Below are positions 12,254 to 23,204 of a stretch of DNA of 64,000 nucleotides, piece by piece. The translations under genes and the position numbers were made by a program. Each line of letters starts with the position of its first letter. Position 1 is the first letter of the stretch. Origin of the DNA: Felis catus (Eukaryota); NCBI RefSeq assembly GCF_018350175.1, contig NC_058368.1, positions 71,860,001 to 71,924,000 of the forward strand, written 5' to 3'. The notes beneath the pieces are model-generated. The model saw nothing but the letters and a program-made list of their open reading frames with translations. It did not search any database and was not told the DNA's origin.

Positions 12254-12785
12254 TTTAGATGTTGCCTCGATTGTGGCTGGAGCCAAATCTGTAAAAATGT
12301 AGTGGCGTGTTTTAGAGACTTTCAGCCAATTTGTCTTCCTAAATGATCCTTTTTTGACCCTAGATGTTGCTCTGCTCCTTATTATCACTTATCTGACTTT
12401 CTCTGCTGCTTTTCCAGTTTTATCTGTTGGGAGGTTGGAGACACCATTACTGCGTTGGCCATGTTGATGATGATTAATGGTTCTGTTTTCTGTACAGTTC
12501 TAATCCTGATAGTGTTAAATATTCTCTTGGCCATTTCAATCCTAACAACATGTTGGGGTGATGTTTTCAGCAGCACTGTCAACTACAACTCTAGATTTGC
12601 TTTCTGTACTGGGTTGGGTGACCATTGCAGAACCCTCAAAATGCGGTCTGTCTGGTAGTGAGTATGAATACTTAATAGGTGGATTTTTGATGAATCTCAT
12701 CATTAGGTTGGTTAGTTTTCTCCTAAATACTTTTTATTTTCCCATCTGCCATTTTTTCCCTCTCTTCCATATCTTTGTCTGAGGT
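12254..12785 (-). pseudogene. Candidate large exon remnant, truncated by an inverted templated insertion
   Basis: Acceptor tattttatcactcttacag|ACC; begins TSDKDMEEREKMADGKIKSI*EKTNQPNDEIHQKS; several stops and frameshifts. Confidence 0.4.
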
Positions 12786-12930
12786 CTGTAAGAGTGATAA
12801 AATATTGGGACAGGCTTCTAATGAAGAGTTTCAGAGACAGTGCTTTCTAGAATCCCAAAGAATGTTTTTCATTTTATTATTTATTCTATCACCTGATAGA
12901 TAGCACTTTGATACACTCAAAATGATATTT

Positions 12931-12950
12931 TATTTTTTAAAGTTTTTTAT

Positions 12951-12985
<35 letters not shown>

Positions 12986-13151
12986 TGAGTGGGGGAGGGG
13001 CAGAGAGAGAGGGAAGGGGAGAATCCCAAGCAGGCTCCACACTGTCAGTACAGAGCCAGACATGGGGCTCGAACTCACAAAACTGCGAGATCATGACCTG
13101 AATCCAAATCAAGAGTCAGATGCTTAACTGACTGAGCCACCCAGGTACCCC
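12931..13151 (-). mobile_element. Can-SINE
   Basis: Reverse-complement SINE with (GA)n tract; TSD atgatatttt. Confidence 0.9.
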
Positions 13152-13349
13152 TCAGGATGATATTTTAAAGAACACTGTGAAGAAGTACAATGGTAAGAAG
13201 CATTGGTCTCATGTCCCATAGTGAAACAAAACTCAGAGAGGTTAAATAAACTATTTTTAAGATCACAGAAATCAGATTCAGATATGCTTCTTACAATATC
13301 AATTTTCTTTCCACTCTCATCTGTCAATATTCACTCTCTCTCCATTACC

Positions 13350-13812
13350 ACCCATTATTTATTCAATGATTGTTTACTTTATGTCATTTTTTGGTGGCAG
13401 ACACTGTGCTAGAGCTTAGATATACCAAGATGGACAAGATATTGTTACCCTAAATAATCCCATCAAATGTGGGAGTCGTTTAGGGATTGATGCAGTCCTG
13501 TGTGACTGGGGCTGTGATCAGAGGGTCTGCACAAGGTAGAAGGAATTCTGGAACTGGAAATAGAGTAATAAGCATAAAAGGGAAGAGTATATGCAAAACA
13601 GAGATGTAAACCAAGATGCAGGGTCTCAGGAACTCTAAATAGTTCAGTTTCCAGGGCTGGGTTGGGAAGCAATGGAAGAGAAAGGTGGAGTGACCTTTAG
13701 GACCACATCATGGAAGGCCTTGTATGCCATTCTAAGGAATTTGGACTTTGGTCTTCAAGGCCATGAAAAGTCATTGAAATCTTGTATGCAGGAAAGTCAC
13801 ATGATCAAAAAT
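13350..13812. mobile_element. L2 3' region
   Basis: attcaatgattgtttact...cagacactgtgctagagctta...; ggaaggccttgtatgccattctaaggaatttggacttt are typical L2 motifs. Confidence 0.7.
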
Positions 13813-14835
13813 GCTGATTTGATCAAACTGTGTTCTTCTTGGAGCCTCCCCACTGGCAAAGATGGAGGAAGTTGCCCATGTTTCATGTCAGCGATGGGGC
13901 ATAGACATGGAATTTCTGACAAAATGTTAGTAGAAGCATCTAGTGATGCATGATTACTGGAAAGAACTTCGGCAATATGCGCTAAAAACCTTAAAAAATT
14001 CATTCTGTTTGACTCAGTAGTTCTGCTTCTGCAAATACATTTTAGAGAAATTATCTCAAAAAATGAATATTTCAGGGCAAAGTTGTTTGGGAGACTATGT
14101 TTTCATAGCAAGACACTAGAATAACATAAAATGTCTAACAATGGGGTAGTAACTAAGACTATAATATAGGCCTCTATACCGAATCTGATGAAAAGTTTTA
14201 AATATAATGATGTAGTAGACAGCTGCCTGATGTTTTTGTTGCCCAACACCCATTCAAGCTTATTTTTATTTAATTTTAGTTTATTACTTTTTAAGCTTTT
14301 ATCTAACTTCCAGTTAGTTAACATACAGTGTAATATTAGTTTCAGGTATACAATATACATGCTTATTTTTATAAAAGAGTTTTGCTTTCTATCTGGCTCT
14401 AGGGGTAGATTATCAGGTTAAACCAGTCAGCACTCAGCACTTCATTTATGAATTAAATGAGTGAGCAGACAAAAGAATTATATGGGGGAGATTCTCCTCC
14501 TACCTTAAAACATGACTTTCCCATGTAATATACAACATTGAGAAGCTGGAACAAAATATTAAACAAGTTCCCAAAGATTCAACATTAATCCCATTGTCAC
14601 ACTCCAGAGTAACCGTTGTTAATTGAAATGGAAAAAAAAGTCACTTTCCTTCGAGCCTGGCTAAGCTTCAGTAACCAAAGCTCCAGGATTGTGGAATATG
14701 AAATTTAGGCAGCAAAATGTGGTCTCAGAGTATGACTTTGCTGATTTCACTTGTGTGACCTCAAGCAAAGTCTCTTAAATTTACCTCTTACAAAAGCATA
14801 GGTTGATTTCCAAATCTTAGTCACTTCAGGCTTAC

Positions 14836-15005
14836 CATATAATGAAGAACCAACATATGTGGCACAAAATTAAGGGAATAATGTAGAAAAAATGTATTTT
14901 CCTGGGTATGCATTTCAGCCTCTATTTGCTCAGGAATATTTCGTTTGGTCATTTGGGGATATTAAGGTTGAAGGTGACTGGCACTACTCAAGGTCAATGC
15001 TGTTC
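14836..15005 (-). pseudogene. Candidate exon remnant (170 bp)
   Basis: Acceptor ttattgtgttttgcaag|GA, donor ATG|GTAAGC; 56 codons with one stop (TALTLSSASHLQP*YPQMTKRNIPEQIEAEMHTQENTFFLHYSLNFVPHMLVLHYM). Confidence 0.45.
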
Positions 15006-15246
15006 CTTGCAAAACACAATAAAAGCTTGCAGGAGGCTGAGGGCTGTGTGAGAAAATTAAGTATTGATTGAGGAGTAGATATGATGTTGTGCAATGTAGT
15101 TATTAGGCTCAATTCAGTGCTGTTAATTGGAGGTCTCTCACTTTCTCAGAAGATTACATCAGTTAACAATACATTATTGAAGTCTGGGGAGCTTTCGTTC
15201 TCTGATCATTGCATCCTCTTTTCTCAGCTGTGGAAGACTATTTTAC

Positions 15247-15361
15247 CAATCGATATGCTTTTATTGAACATAGGTGCGTATAACCACTCAGCTCAAATAT
15301 GATCACTTTCAGGAGTTTGTGACACTTGGCAAAGTCAACTTTTCTTCCAAACACTCTCTTC
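15247..15361 (-). pseudogene. Candidate exon remnant (115 bp, phase 2-0)
   Basis: Acceptor ctcggtttcttgatag|G, donor TTG|GTAAAA; open frame KRVFGRKVDFAKCHKLLKVIIFELSGYTHLCSIKAYRL. Confidence 0.55.
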
Positions 15362-15991
15362 CTATCAAGAAACCGAGAATTCTGAACTTAATTGTTCTCA
15401 TTTACAGTTCCCATGAATTATAAAGGGACCCCAGAAAAGCAGAAGAAAGAAAATTCATGCTTTTAGTGAACCTCCCTGCCCTGAGTCTATTTAGGTCAGT
15501 ACCATTTCCAACAAACCTGGACTGGACAAGGTCCCTGAACATGGGAGGGGGTTTGGAGTATTGGCTGCTCAGAATAGTGGATGGAAAAAATCCTCCATAA
15601 AATCTTAGAACTGGAAAGAGCCTTAGAAACCACCTAGTCAAGTTCTTTCATTTTACAGATAAGTAGTCCATATCCTAAATGGCTGTGACATGCTTAAACT
15701 CTGTAGCTAGTTAGTGGCAAGCCTAGGAGAGTAACTTGAGTGTCTTGACTCTGCATCTGATTCTTTCCACTGTGTATTCTGTCTGCGCAATTGTCTTGAT
15801 TATGGACAGGGAGGAGATCAGAGTCAACAATCCCTTTATGAACATTTACATTTATGAAAGTTTAGATTTACATTAGATAACTTTCCCCCAACCCTTAAAT
15901 GCCATATGCAACTGATATATAGACTTCCGATAGACTTGTGTATGGTTTTATTGCATTTTCTAATGATTCTGTTTTATAGAGAGTGAAGCTT

Positions 15992-16038
15992 AAAAACATT
16001 TTTTTTAAATGTTTATTTTTTTTTTTTTGAGAGAGAGG

Positions 16039-16074
<36 letters not shown>

Positions 16075-16209
16075 TAGTGGGGAAGGGTCAGAAAGAGAGG
16101 GACACAGAATCTGAAGCAGGATCCAGGCTCTGAGCTTTCAGCACAGAGCCTGATGTAGGGCTCGAACTCATGAACTGTGAGATCATGACCTGGGCCATCT
16201 AGTCACCCC
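15992..16209 (-). mobile_element. Can-SINE with deleted head segment
   Basis: TSD agagtgaagctt; (GA)n tract. Confidence 0.88.
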
Positions 16210-16716
16210 AAGAGTGAAGCTTTTAATTGTCCCCCACTCCTCTGAAGACAAAACTGAGGCCCAGAAAAGCTAAGTGGCTTATCTCGCATAGCGTAGCCAT
16301 TTAGGATAGACAGGTAGATTCTTAAGCATGAATCTTTATACTCTGAATTCGGTGCTCCTTCTTCCATTCTAGGCTGCCTCCATTGCTTACTCTAAAAGGA
16401 TGCAGGTACTTTACACTTCTGTGGTTATTCTTTCCCCAAGCTGTATGCTCTGGAAGAGGCTATGTGTGCTCAGTGTTTTAGCATATACTCTGACTTAATG
16501 CTCAAGGTTGGAATTGAGGAGAGAACTATAATATTATTTCTGGCTTCTCTGGGCATGGCATATATTGTGCTGATCACCTTACTTGGTATTTGCAATTGTT
16601 TTCATTATGCTTAATATGAGCATGACTTAACGGTATATGAGTCATTTCTTAACCTCTCTGAATTTACATTTGGTAATGTTCCTCGCAGCCTGTGCAGCGA
16701 ATACATCCAACCTCAC

Positions 16717-17042
16717 TTGTGATAGGGACCACAGTCTCTTACAAACACTGTTCCTTCCTCTGCCGTCGTCTGTGACCAGCTCTTTCCTTTCCAAGGAAAA
16801 TCACTCTGGTTGACAAGGGCTTCCAATGTGGAGCTTCCTTTTGAAGTGATTGCAATTTATCTTTTCTGATCAAATGGGAACAATTTGTTCTTTCTTACAA
16901 CTCCAGAGCTGCCATAAATTGGGGTAATAGATTTTTCAGTGCCTAGTAAGATAATTGCACTGGGGAGAAGATTAACGTGGAGGCTGGGAGCTGTGTGAAT
17001 GCAGTGCCCCTCCATCCTGTTCCATGTGGCTTCCAGGACGAC
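16717..17042 (-). pseudogene. Candidate exon remnant (326 bp, phase 0-2)
   Basis: Strong acceptor tgtcttcctccagccttgttttctag|GT, donor CAA|GTGAGG; 108 codons with one stop (VVLEATWNRMEGH...ITPIYGSSGVVRKNKLFPFDQKR*IAITSKGSSTLEALVNQSDFPWKGKSW...VFVRDCGPYH). Confidence 0.55.
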
Positions 17043-17429
17043 CTAGAAAACAAGGCTGGAGGAAGACAGCTTTACGTTCCTCATGCTAAATTAGTTCTGA
17101 GCTGCTTCTGGGCAAAGGCTGCCAACTGAACTCTGTTTTGACATTGGAAGTATTTATAATGAAACATGACGAAGTAAAATTTAAGTCCCAAATTGCCCCA
17201 ACGCGGTGGCACCGAAATTACAATTCTGGTTACAGTGACACCTCCAATTACTGAAATGTGAAGTAATTCTCTTTGGAAAATGACTTCACTTTGAGGAAAT
17301 GAATACTGAGTAAGGGTTATGACACACACATCAGGGGCTTCAAATTCTCTCTCTGGTGCTACTGCCGACCTCAGACAAGCAAATTGGACTCGCCCTGTCT
17401 GTTTCTCCCTCTAGAGGCAAGAAAATTAC

Positions 17430-17484
17430 CAACAAGCAGTGTTCTGGGGCTCATGTGATGGCTGTGAAGCACCGTCAAACAACT
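17430..17484 (-). pseudogene. Candidate small exon remnant (55 bp)
   Basis: Acceptor gctttcatttctag|A, donor TTG|GTAATT; links the best frames of the neighbouring exons (two TGA stops). Confidence 0.4.
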
Positions 17485-17660
17485 CTAGAAATGAAAGCAC
17501 TGGGTACAGATGGGAGTTTTTGCAGCAGTCCTAACAATTGATAGGATGTAATTTTCAAACCCCGATGCTATCTCTTCCTTTTGTAGGCAGTGCTCATTTT
17601 TGACAAAGATCCTCAGAGCCATTGCTTTGAGACTGATAGTCAAGAGCAAAGAATATTTCT

Positions 17661-17875
17661 TTTTTTTTTTTTTCAACGTTTATTTATTTTTGGGACAGAG
17701 AGAGACAGAGCATGAACGGGGGAGGGGCAGAGAGAGAGGGAGACACAGAATCGGAAACAGGCTCCAGGCTCCGAGCCATCAGCCCAGAGCCCGACGTGGG
17801 GCTCGAACTCATGGACTGCAAGATCGTGACCTGGCTGAAGTCGGACGCTTAACCGACTGCGCCACCCAGGCGCCC
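17661..17875 (-). mobile_element. Young felid Can-SINE
   Basis: CpG-rich, near consensus; perfect TSD CAAGAGCAAAGAATATTTCT at 17641-17660 and 17876-17895. Confidence 0.97.
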
Positions 17876-18052
17876 CAAGAGCAAAGAATATTTCTGATGC
17901 AAGCTGATGGTTGCTTTATTTATTAGTGTATGAATTCATTTATCCCGTTATTCAACCAATATTTACTGCACACTTACCGGTACCTTGAGACTGAGGATGT
18001 AACAGTGAATATGGCTGATGTGGCAATTTCCCAACCAGATATTAAAGAAATA

Positions 18053-18310
18053 CATAGTTGATTTTTGATATTCAGGGTAGTTATGTTCTGTAAAGTTACA
18101 CTGAATTAGTGGATACTGAACCATTGCTCCTAGGGGAAATACAGCATTAGGTTCCTGTGAGCCTCTGGTGTCAACATTTTTGTCAACTTATCAATACATA
18201 ACCTTGTTTTATGTGTGTTTCTGTTGAAAGATTGTCACTCAGGTCTGAATGAAGCTCACAAGTATTTTTTCGTAAGGCTCATTGCAACTTTCTTTCTCTT
18301 GGGAGCACTG
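18053..18310. mobile_element. MER82-like (TcMar-Tigger) fragment
   Basis: ggtagttatgttctgtaaagt...ctgaattagtggatactgaaccattgctcctaggggaaatacag matches recalled MER82. Confidence 0.7.
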
Positions 18311-18341
18311 GAGAAAAATAGCTGAGTAGAACCAATCTGAC

Positions 18342-18491
18342 CTCTGACAGATTTCTTTGGGAAACATAACTAACTCCCTGAGACTTGTAACATCTCAAGA
18401 AACTCCTTCCTGCCACTGCTCACAGAATGACTGAGACTTGATGTCTATCCACTGTAGCAGCTTAGAGCCAAGTCGCAGTCTAATTTCCCCA
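18342..18491 (-). pseudogene. Candidate exon remnant (150 bp, phase 2-2)
   Basis: Acceptor atatctttcttttag|T, donor CAGAG|GTCAGA; GEIRLRLGSKLLQWIDIKSQSFCEQWQEGVS*DVTSLRELVMFPKEICQ. Confidence 0.55.
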
Positions 18492-18737
18492 CTAAAAGAA
18501 AGATATCATTTCCTATGCTTTAATGTTGTAAAGCAAAATCATACTGGCTCTCTAGTGAATTGAGCAAGAATCTTGGTTTTATATATTCAGGGTTTTGTTT
18601 TTTTTATGATTATAGAATGTGTCTGCTACAGTATTTATGACATTGTATTTACTTATTTATGCTGGCATAAATGATCAGCCTTCAACTTTTCTTACAAGCC
18701 TTCTGATTACCTTAAGAGGAAATTTCCAGGTTTCAGT

Positions 18738-19348
18738 GGTTTTATTTTATTATGGCAAAATACACATAATGTAAAACTTGTCATTTTAACCATTTTTAAA
18801 GTGTATGATTCAGTAGCATTAAGGACATCCACAATGGTGTGCAATCATTATCACTACCTATTTCCAAAACTTCATCATCTTGAATGGAAACACCACACCC
18901 GTTAAACAGCAACTCACCATTTCCCCTGCCCCTCTACTTCTGTCTTTCTAAATTTGACTATTCTAATGGACTCATATAAGTAGAGTTGTACACTATTTGC
19001 CCTTTTGTGTCTGGTTTATTTCACTTAGTGTAATGTTTTCAAGGTTCATTCATGTTGTAGTATACATCAGAACTTCATTCTTTTTAAGGCTAAATAAAAT
19101 TTCGTTATATGGATATACCACATTTTCTTAAATGTTTATTTTCGAGAGAGAGAGAAAGAGCACAGGGGAGGGGCAGAGAAAGAGGGAGATAGACGATCCA
19201 AAGCTCGCTCTGTGCTGACAGCAGAGAGCTCAATCTGGGACTGGCTGAAACTCATGAACCACAAGATCATGACCTGTGCCAAAGTCGGATGCTTAACTGA
19301 CTGAGCCACCCAGGGAACCCAGATATACCACATTTTTAATCCATTCAT
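18738..19348 (-). mobile_element. Old L1 (L1MA/MB-type) 3' end with a nested Can-SINE at about 19125-19320
   Basis: ttttgtgtctggtttatttcacttagtgtaatgttttcaaggttcattcatgttgtag; SINE TSD gatataccacatttt. Confidence 0.85.
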
Positions 19349-19546
19349 ATTATATTGTAATTTTGTTCTAATCCCCTACCATACTCTGAGTCTCTAGAGG
19401 TCAGAGAAAATACATAGTGTATCTTTGTACTCCTGGTACCTAGCAGAGTTGAAAAAAAGGACAGATGGTCTTTAGTGATAATTCAATGGTAGGCAAGGAG
19501 TTATAGCTCCTTTATCACTTGGAGGCACTTGAACTTGTCAGTAGAC

Positions 19547-19641
19547 CTGGATCTATAGTCCTGAAAGATGATGCTGTCAACCTCAGCCATGTCCTCATAA
19601 GATAGCCCTCTGGGGACCAGATGCTTATCCCACTTCAGTGT
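19547..19641 (-). pseudogene. Candidate exon remnant (95 bp, phase 0-2)
   Basis: Acceptor attctgtcctcttcctccaag|A; open frame TLKWDKHLVPRGLSYEDMAEVDSIIFQDYRS; weak donor CAG|GTCTAC. Confidence 0.55.
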
Positions 19642-19850
19642 CTTGGAGGAAGAGGACAGAATACAGTATATTTGTTTAGTCTGGGGCTTTGACTCACACA
19701 GAGGCAAACAGGAAGGAGTTGGGGGGGCAGACGGAATTCAGCTAGAGAAGCCTCTGACTCACTGCTTGACAGTGTTAGGCAAAATGTAAGTGCATACATA
19801 GCTTTTGAAGGAAAATTTAATTTTTTGCCTCATCTTGCATTTTGCAATAC

Positions 19851-19970
19851 CTGTTTCAATCCAGGTAATCAAATGTGACCTTTGGGACTGATCCAGTATT
19901 GAATGGAATGAAATAAAAATTGATCCTGTCAACTTAGTCAAAGATGGCCTAGTCAATCATATGCCTCAGA
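19851..19970 (-). pseudogene. Candidate exon remnant
   Basis: Acceptor ctctaagctgtttttaaag|T; LRHMID*AIFD*VDRINFYFIPFNTGSVPK; donor uncertain (19880, 19851 or 19763). Confidence 0.4.
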
Positions 19971-20065
19971 CTTTAAAAACAGCTTAGAGAATTTCTACAA
20001 ATACAGAAATAGCTAAGCTGCTGTGCTGTATGACAGAAGATATTTGCTTCAGTGCTGTAGTTCAC

Positions 20066-20165
20066 TTGTGCTTTTTATCCTTTCCTGCCTGGGACCTGCA
20101 TGTACATTTATTTCAAGTTTGACAACAGTCACATATGGCTTTATTAATGCCCAAGAAAGAAAGTC
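20066..20165 (-). pseudogene. Candidate exon remnant (100 bp)
   Basis: Acceptor attcccttcaccag|G, donor CAA|GTGAAC; open frame DFLSWALIKPYVTVVKLEINVHAGPRQERIKST. Confidence 0.35.
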
Positions 20166-20566
20166 CTGGTGAAGGGAATTGAATGTGCGGACAGCGAAAT
20201 CAAGAAACTTGTGAGGGAGCAGAGGCCGTGGCCCCCAGTATCTGGAGGCAGACAGACCTAGATTGGATTTTCAGCCTTCATTTTAGTAGCTGGGTAACCA
20301 CAGGCAAGTTACTTTCTAAGACTGAATTCTTTCCTTGCAGGACCGATTGGGGGATTTACATATAGGTAGGAATCACACATGAAAAGTGGTTGTCATACAG
20401 TAGCTTTTAACATAACTGGTAATAATTCTTAATATAGTTTTGGGTCTGTATGATGTGGTTCTCTATTATACCAGGGAATGATGGACCTTGGAAATATGTC
20501 TGCCCTTTGGAGAGGAGGAATATGGAGCTGCCAAGATACTATAATTTAAAGAGGTTCTAGTACGTA

Positions 20567-20756
20567 TAGTTGCAGACCGAGCTAATAAAAATGAAGGGTG
20601 CACAATTAAATATCAACTTTAGATAAGCAACAAATAATTTTTTTAGTTTAAGTATATTCCATTCAATATTTGGAACATACTTACACTAAAAACAATTGTC
20701 GTTTATCTGAGATTCAAACTTAACTGGACATCCTCTATTTTTATCTTGGAACCCTA
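20567..20756. mobile_element. MER53-like palindromic hAT MITE
   Basis: About 190 bp with degenerate self-complementary arms (..ttagataagcaacaaataatttt...aattgtcgtttatctgagattcaaacttaactggacatcc..). Confidence 0.75.
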
Positions 20757-20844
20757 CAGGTAAGGCACCTTTTCTAAAAGATCTATTTTAGATTCATTTC
20801 TGTGGTTCTTAGAGAGTTTTTAAATTTTTTTTCTAGAGCGTTCC

Positions 20845-21067
20845 TTTCTTTATTTTTTTAAAGTTTATTTATTTATTTTGAGAGAGACAGAGACAGCATG
20901 AGTGGGGGAGGGGCAGAGAGAGAGGGGAGAGAGAGAGAATCCCAAGCAGGCTCCATGTTGCCAACACAGAGCCTGATGCGGGGCTTGAACCCATGAAACC
21001 ATGAGATCATGACCTGAGCAGAAACCAAGAGTCAGTTGCTTAACCTACTGAGCCACCCAGGCGCCCC
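20845..21067 (-). mobile_element. Can-SINE
   Basis: Reverse-complement Can-SINE ending gccacccaggcgcccc. Confidence 0.92.
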
Positions 21068-21179
21068 TAGGGTGTGTCTTTATTAACGTGCCAGTTTAAA
21101 CTTCAACAATAGTAATAGTTTGGTGACACCTAGTTGAGAGCAGGCATTGTGAGAATGAGGCCCTATCTTTAGAACCTGT

Positions 21180-21593
21180 TCTGTGGCAAAGAAGAATTAA
21201 GGTTGGTAGAATTGTTTGCTCATCAGCTGACTAGGGGGGTTATCCTAAATTGTCCAGGAGGCCTCCACAGAGCCACGAGGGTCCTTAAAAGGGAAAGAGA
21301 AAGGTAGCAGAGGATCAGAGAGATGACAGTGGGAGAAAAACTCAGCCTGCTCTTGCTGGCTTGGAGGAGCCAAGGAGGGTGAGCAGCTTATAGAAGCTGG
21401 AAAGGACAAAGAAATGCATCCTCTCTGAGAGCTTCCAGAAAGGAAGGCAGCTCTGTCAGTGTCTCAATTTCAACCCCGCGAGACCCACTTCAACTTTGGA
21501 ACCACAGAACTGTGAGATAGGAAATGTGTGTTGTCTTAGAGTGCCACATGTGTGCCACAGAGTTTGTTACGGCAGCACTAGGGAACTAATACA
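21180..21593 (+). mobile_element. MaLR LTR (MLT1D-like)
   Basis: agggtccttaaaagggaaagag...agaagctggaaaggacaaagaaatgcatcctctc...agaactgtgagataggaaatgtgtgttg...ggaactaataca. Confidence 0.8.
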
Positions 21594-21694
21594 GGGAGCA
21601 AAGTGAGAAAAGAAGTGGCCTATGAAGTGGCTCAAAGAATAACTAGAATTGGGAGCTGGGGGTGTGCACAGGTGTCTTAAAAGAAAACCCTACT

Positions 21695-21888
21695 GGGGCA
21701 CCTGTGTGGCTCAGTTGGTTGAGCATCAGACGTTGGCTCAGGTTATGATCTCACAGTGTGTGAGCTTGAGCCCTGCACTGGTCAGCACAGAGCCTGCTTC
21801 AGATCCTCTTCCCTGCTCCCCCTCCCCTCACCCTTCCCCACTTGCTCTCTCTCTCAAAAATAAATAAACATTAAAAAAATATTAAAAG
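21695..21888 (+). mobile_element. Can-SINE
   Basis: TSD aaaagaaaacccta. Confidence 0.9.
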
Positions 21889-22346
21889 AAAAGAAAACCC
21901 TAGTTGAGTGACTTGTCTACACCCAGAGAGTAATGGATTGAATACATATCCTGCCCACACAGAACCATCAAATAGAAGCCAAAGAGAGGTAGAGCCTGAG
22001 GGAATCCTAGAAATCCTCTAGTCTGGCCTCTTCGTTTCTCTGATGACACATCCAAGGCTCAAAGAGATAAAATTGCTGGAGTTCACAGAGTTAAGTAGGG
22101 AATGAGCCAGAATGACAATGCTGTTTTCCTGACCCTTTGGCCAGCACTCCCTACACCACATCACACTCGCAACATTATTATTTTATAGATGAATGGGTTA
22201 TCTATTTAAACTTCAAAGAAATCTTTGAGAATATTTTTGAACCCTCCAGTGCTAATTAGTGAATTGACTCAGAGCAGGAGAGGGGTTCTGCCTCCTAGAC
22301 TCCTTACGGCTGTGTCTCTGCCCGTAGGGCACTCTCCCTACTTCTT

Positions 22347-22562
22347 TTAAAAAAAATTTTTTTTAACGTTTATTTATTTTTGAGATAGAGAGAGACAGAG
22401 CATGAACAGGGGAGGAGCTGAGAGAGAGGGAGACACAGAATCGGAAGCATGCTCCAGAGCTGATGGCCCAGAGCCCAACGTGGGGCTTGAACTCACGGAC
22501 CGTGAGATTGTGACCTGAGCTGAAGTCGGACACTCAACCGACTGAGCCACCCAGGCGCCCCC
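22347..22562 (-). mobile_element. Can-SINE (felid type)
   Basis: TSD actctccctacttctt. Confidence 0.93.
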
Positions 22563-23119
22563 ACTCTCCCTACTTCTTATTTGGACCCACAGCTGCGTGT
22601 GCTCAGGACTCTGCTCACCCAACTGTCACCTGCTCAAGGAAATAGAATATGGCATTAAGAGAGCATGTGTGGGCATTGGATTCAGATAGGCCTGAGTTCT
22701 CGTCTTGGTTTTGCCCCTGACATGATATCGTGTATCTCTTAGAGTAATGTGGGTAATTTCTTGGAGACTCAGCATCCTTATCTACAAAATGGAGATAATG
22801 ATTGAATTTAATAGCATTAAATAAGATAACTTCTTATTGAATGGTATCTCACAGACCTGTAACTTACTTGAATTCCTCCCTGTTCTAGACCTGTGAGCAA
22901 CAGAGGATCTATATTCATGGCTTCCTGTGTTTATATTTCCCAGTACCATGTACATACAGTACCTGGCTTAAAATTTGACCAAAAAAAGTGCTCACATGTA
23001 TTTTGTACTTATCACGTGCCACTGTTCTACATACTCCACATGTAAGAATTCATTTTATCCTCATGGTACATCTGAAATGTAGGTACTGACATACCCATTT
23101 TATAGAAGGGGGAACAGAT

Positions 23120-23204
23120 CTATCAGTTTTCCAGCCTTTTCTTTTATTCCCTCCTTCTGCATTTGTCAAGTTGTCTTTCAGATCGATCACTTCATCTACA
23201 GTTT
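23120..23204 (-). pseudogene. Candidate exon remnant; 3' end uncertain (runs into MIR-like sequence)
   Basis: Acceptor atgcttctttctatag|AA; open frame TVDEVIDLKDNLTNAEGGNKRKGWKTD. Confidence 0.35.

Noticed and set aside
12254..12700. Alternative reading as a distant L1-type ORF1p (IEMAKRI...PLIII...IFTDLAPATIEA), a Penelope-like RT or an endogenous viral element
   Set aside because: Motif spacing is off by about 25 residues and several frameshifts are needed. There is no match to recalled bornavirus N, circovirus Rep or parvovirus motifs. The upstream splice acceptor and neighbouring exons explain it more simply, but it is not excluded without a profile search.
16583..16942. Alternative 360-bp exon (ALKNLLPQFMAALEL*...) ending at CAA|GTAAGG
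   Set aside because: Stop density is close to random. The 16717-17042 model has fewer stops and joins an open frame in the next exon.
17661..17875. tRNA-like A/B box sequences here and in other SINE heads
   Set aside because: They are Can-SINE heads with (CT)n tracts, A tails and TSDs, not tRNA genes.
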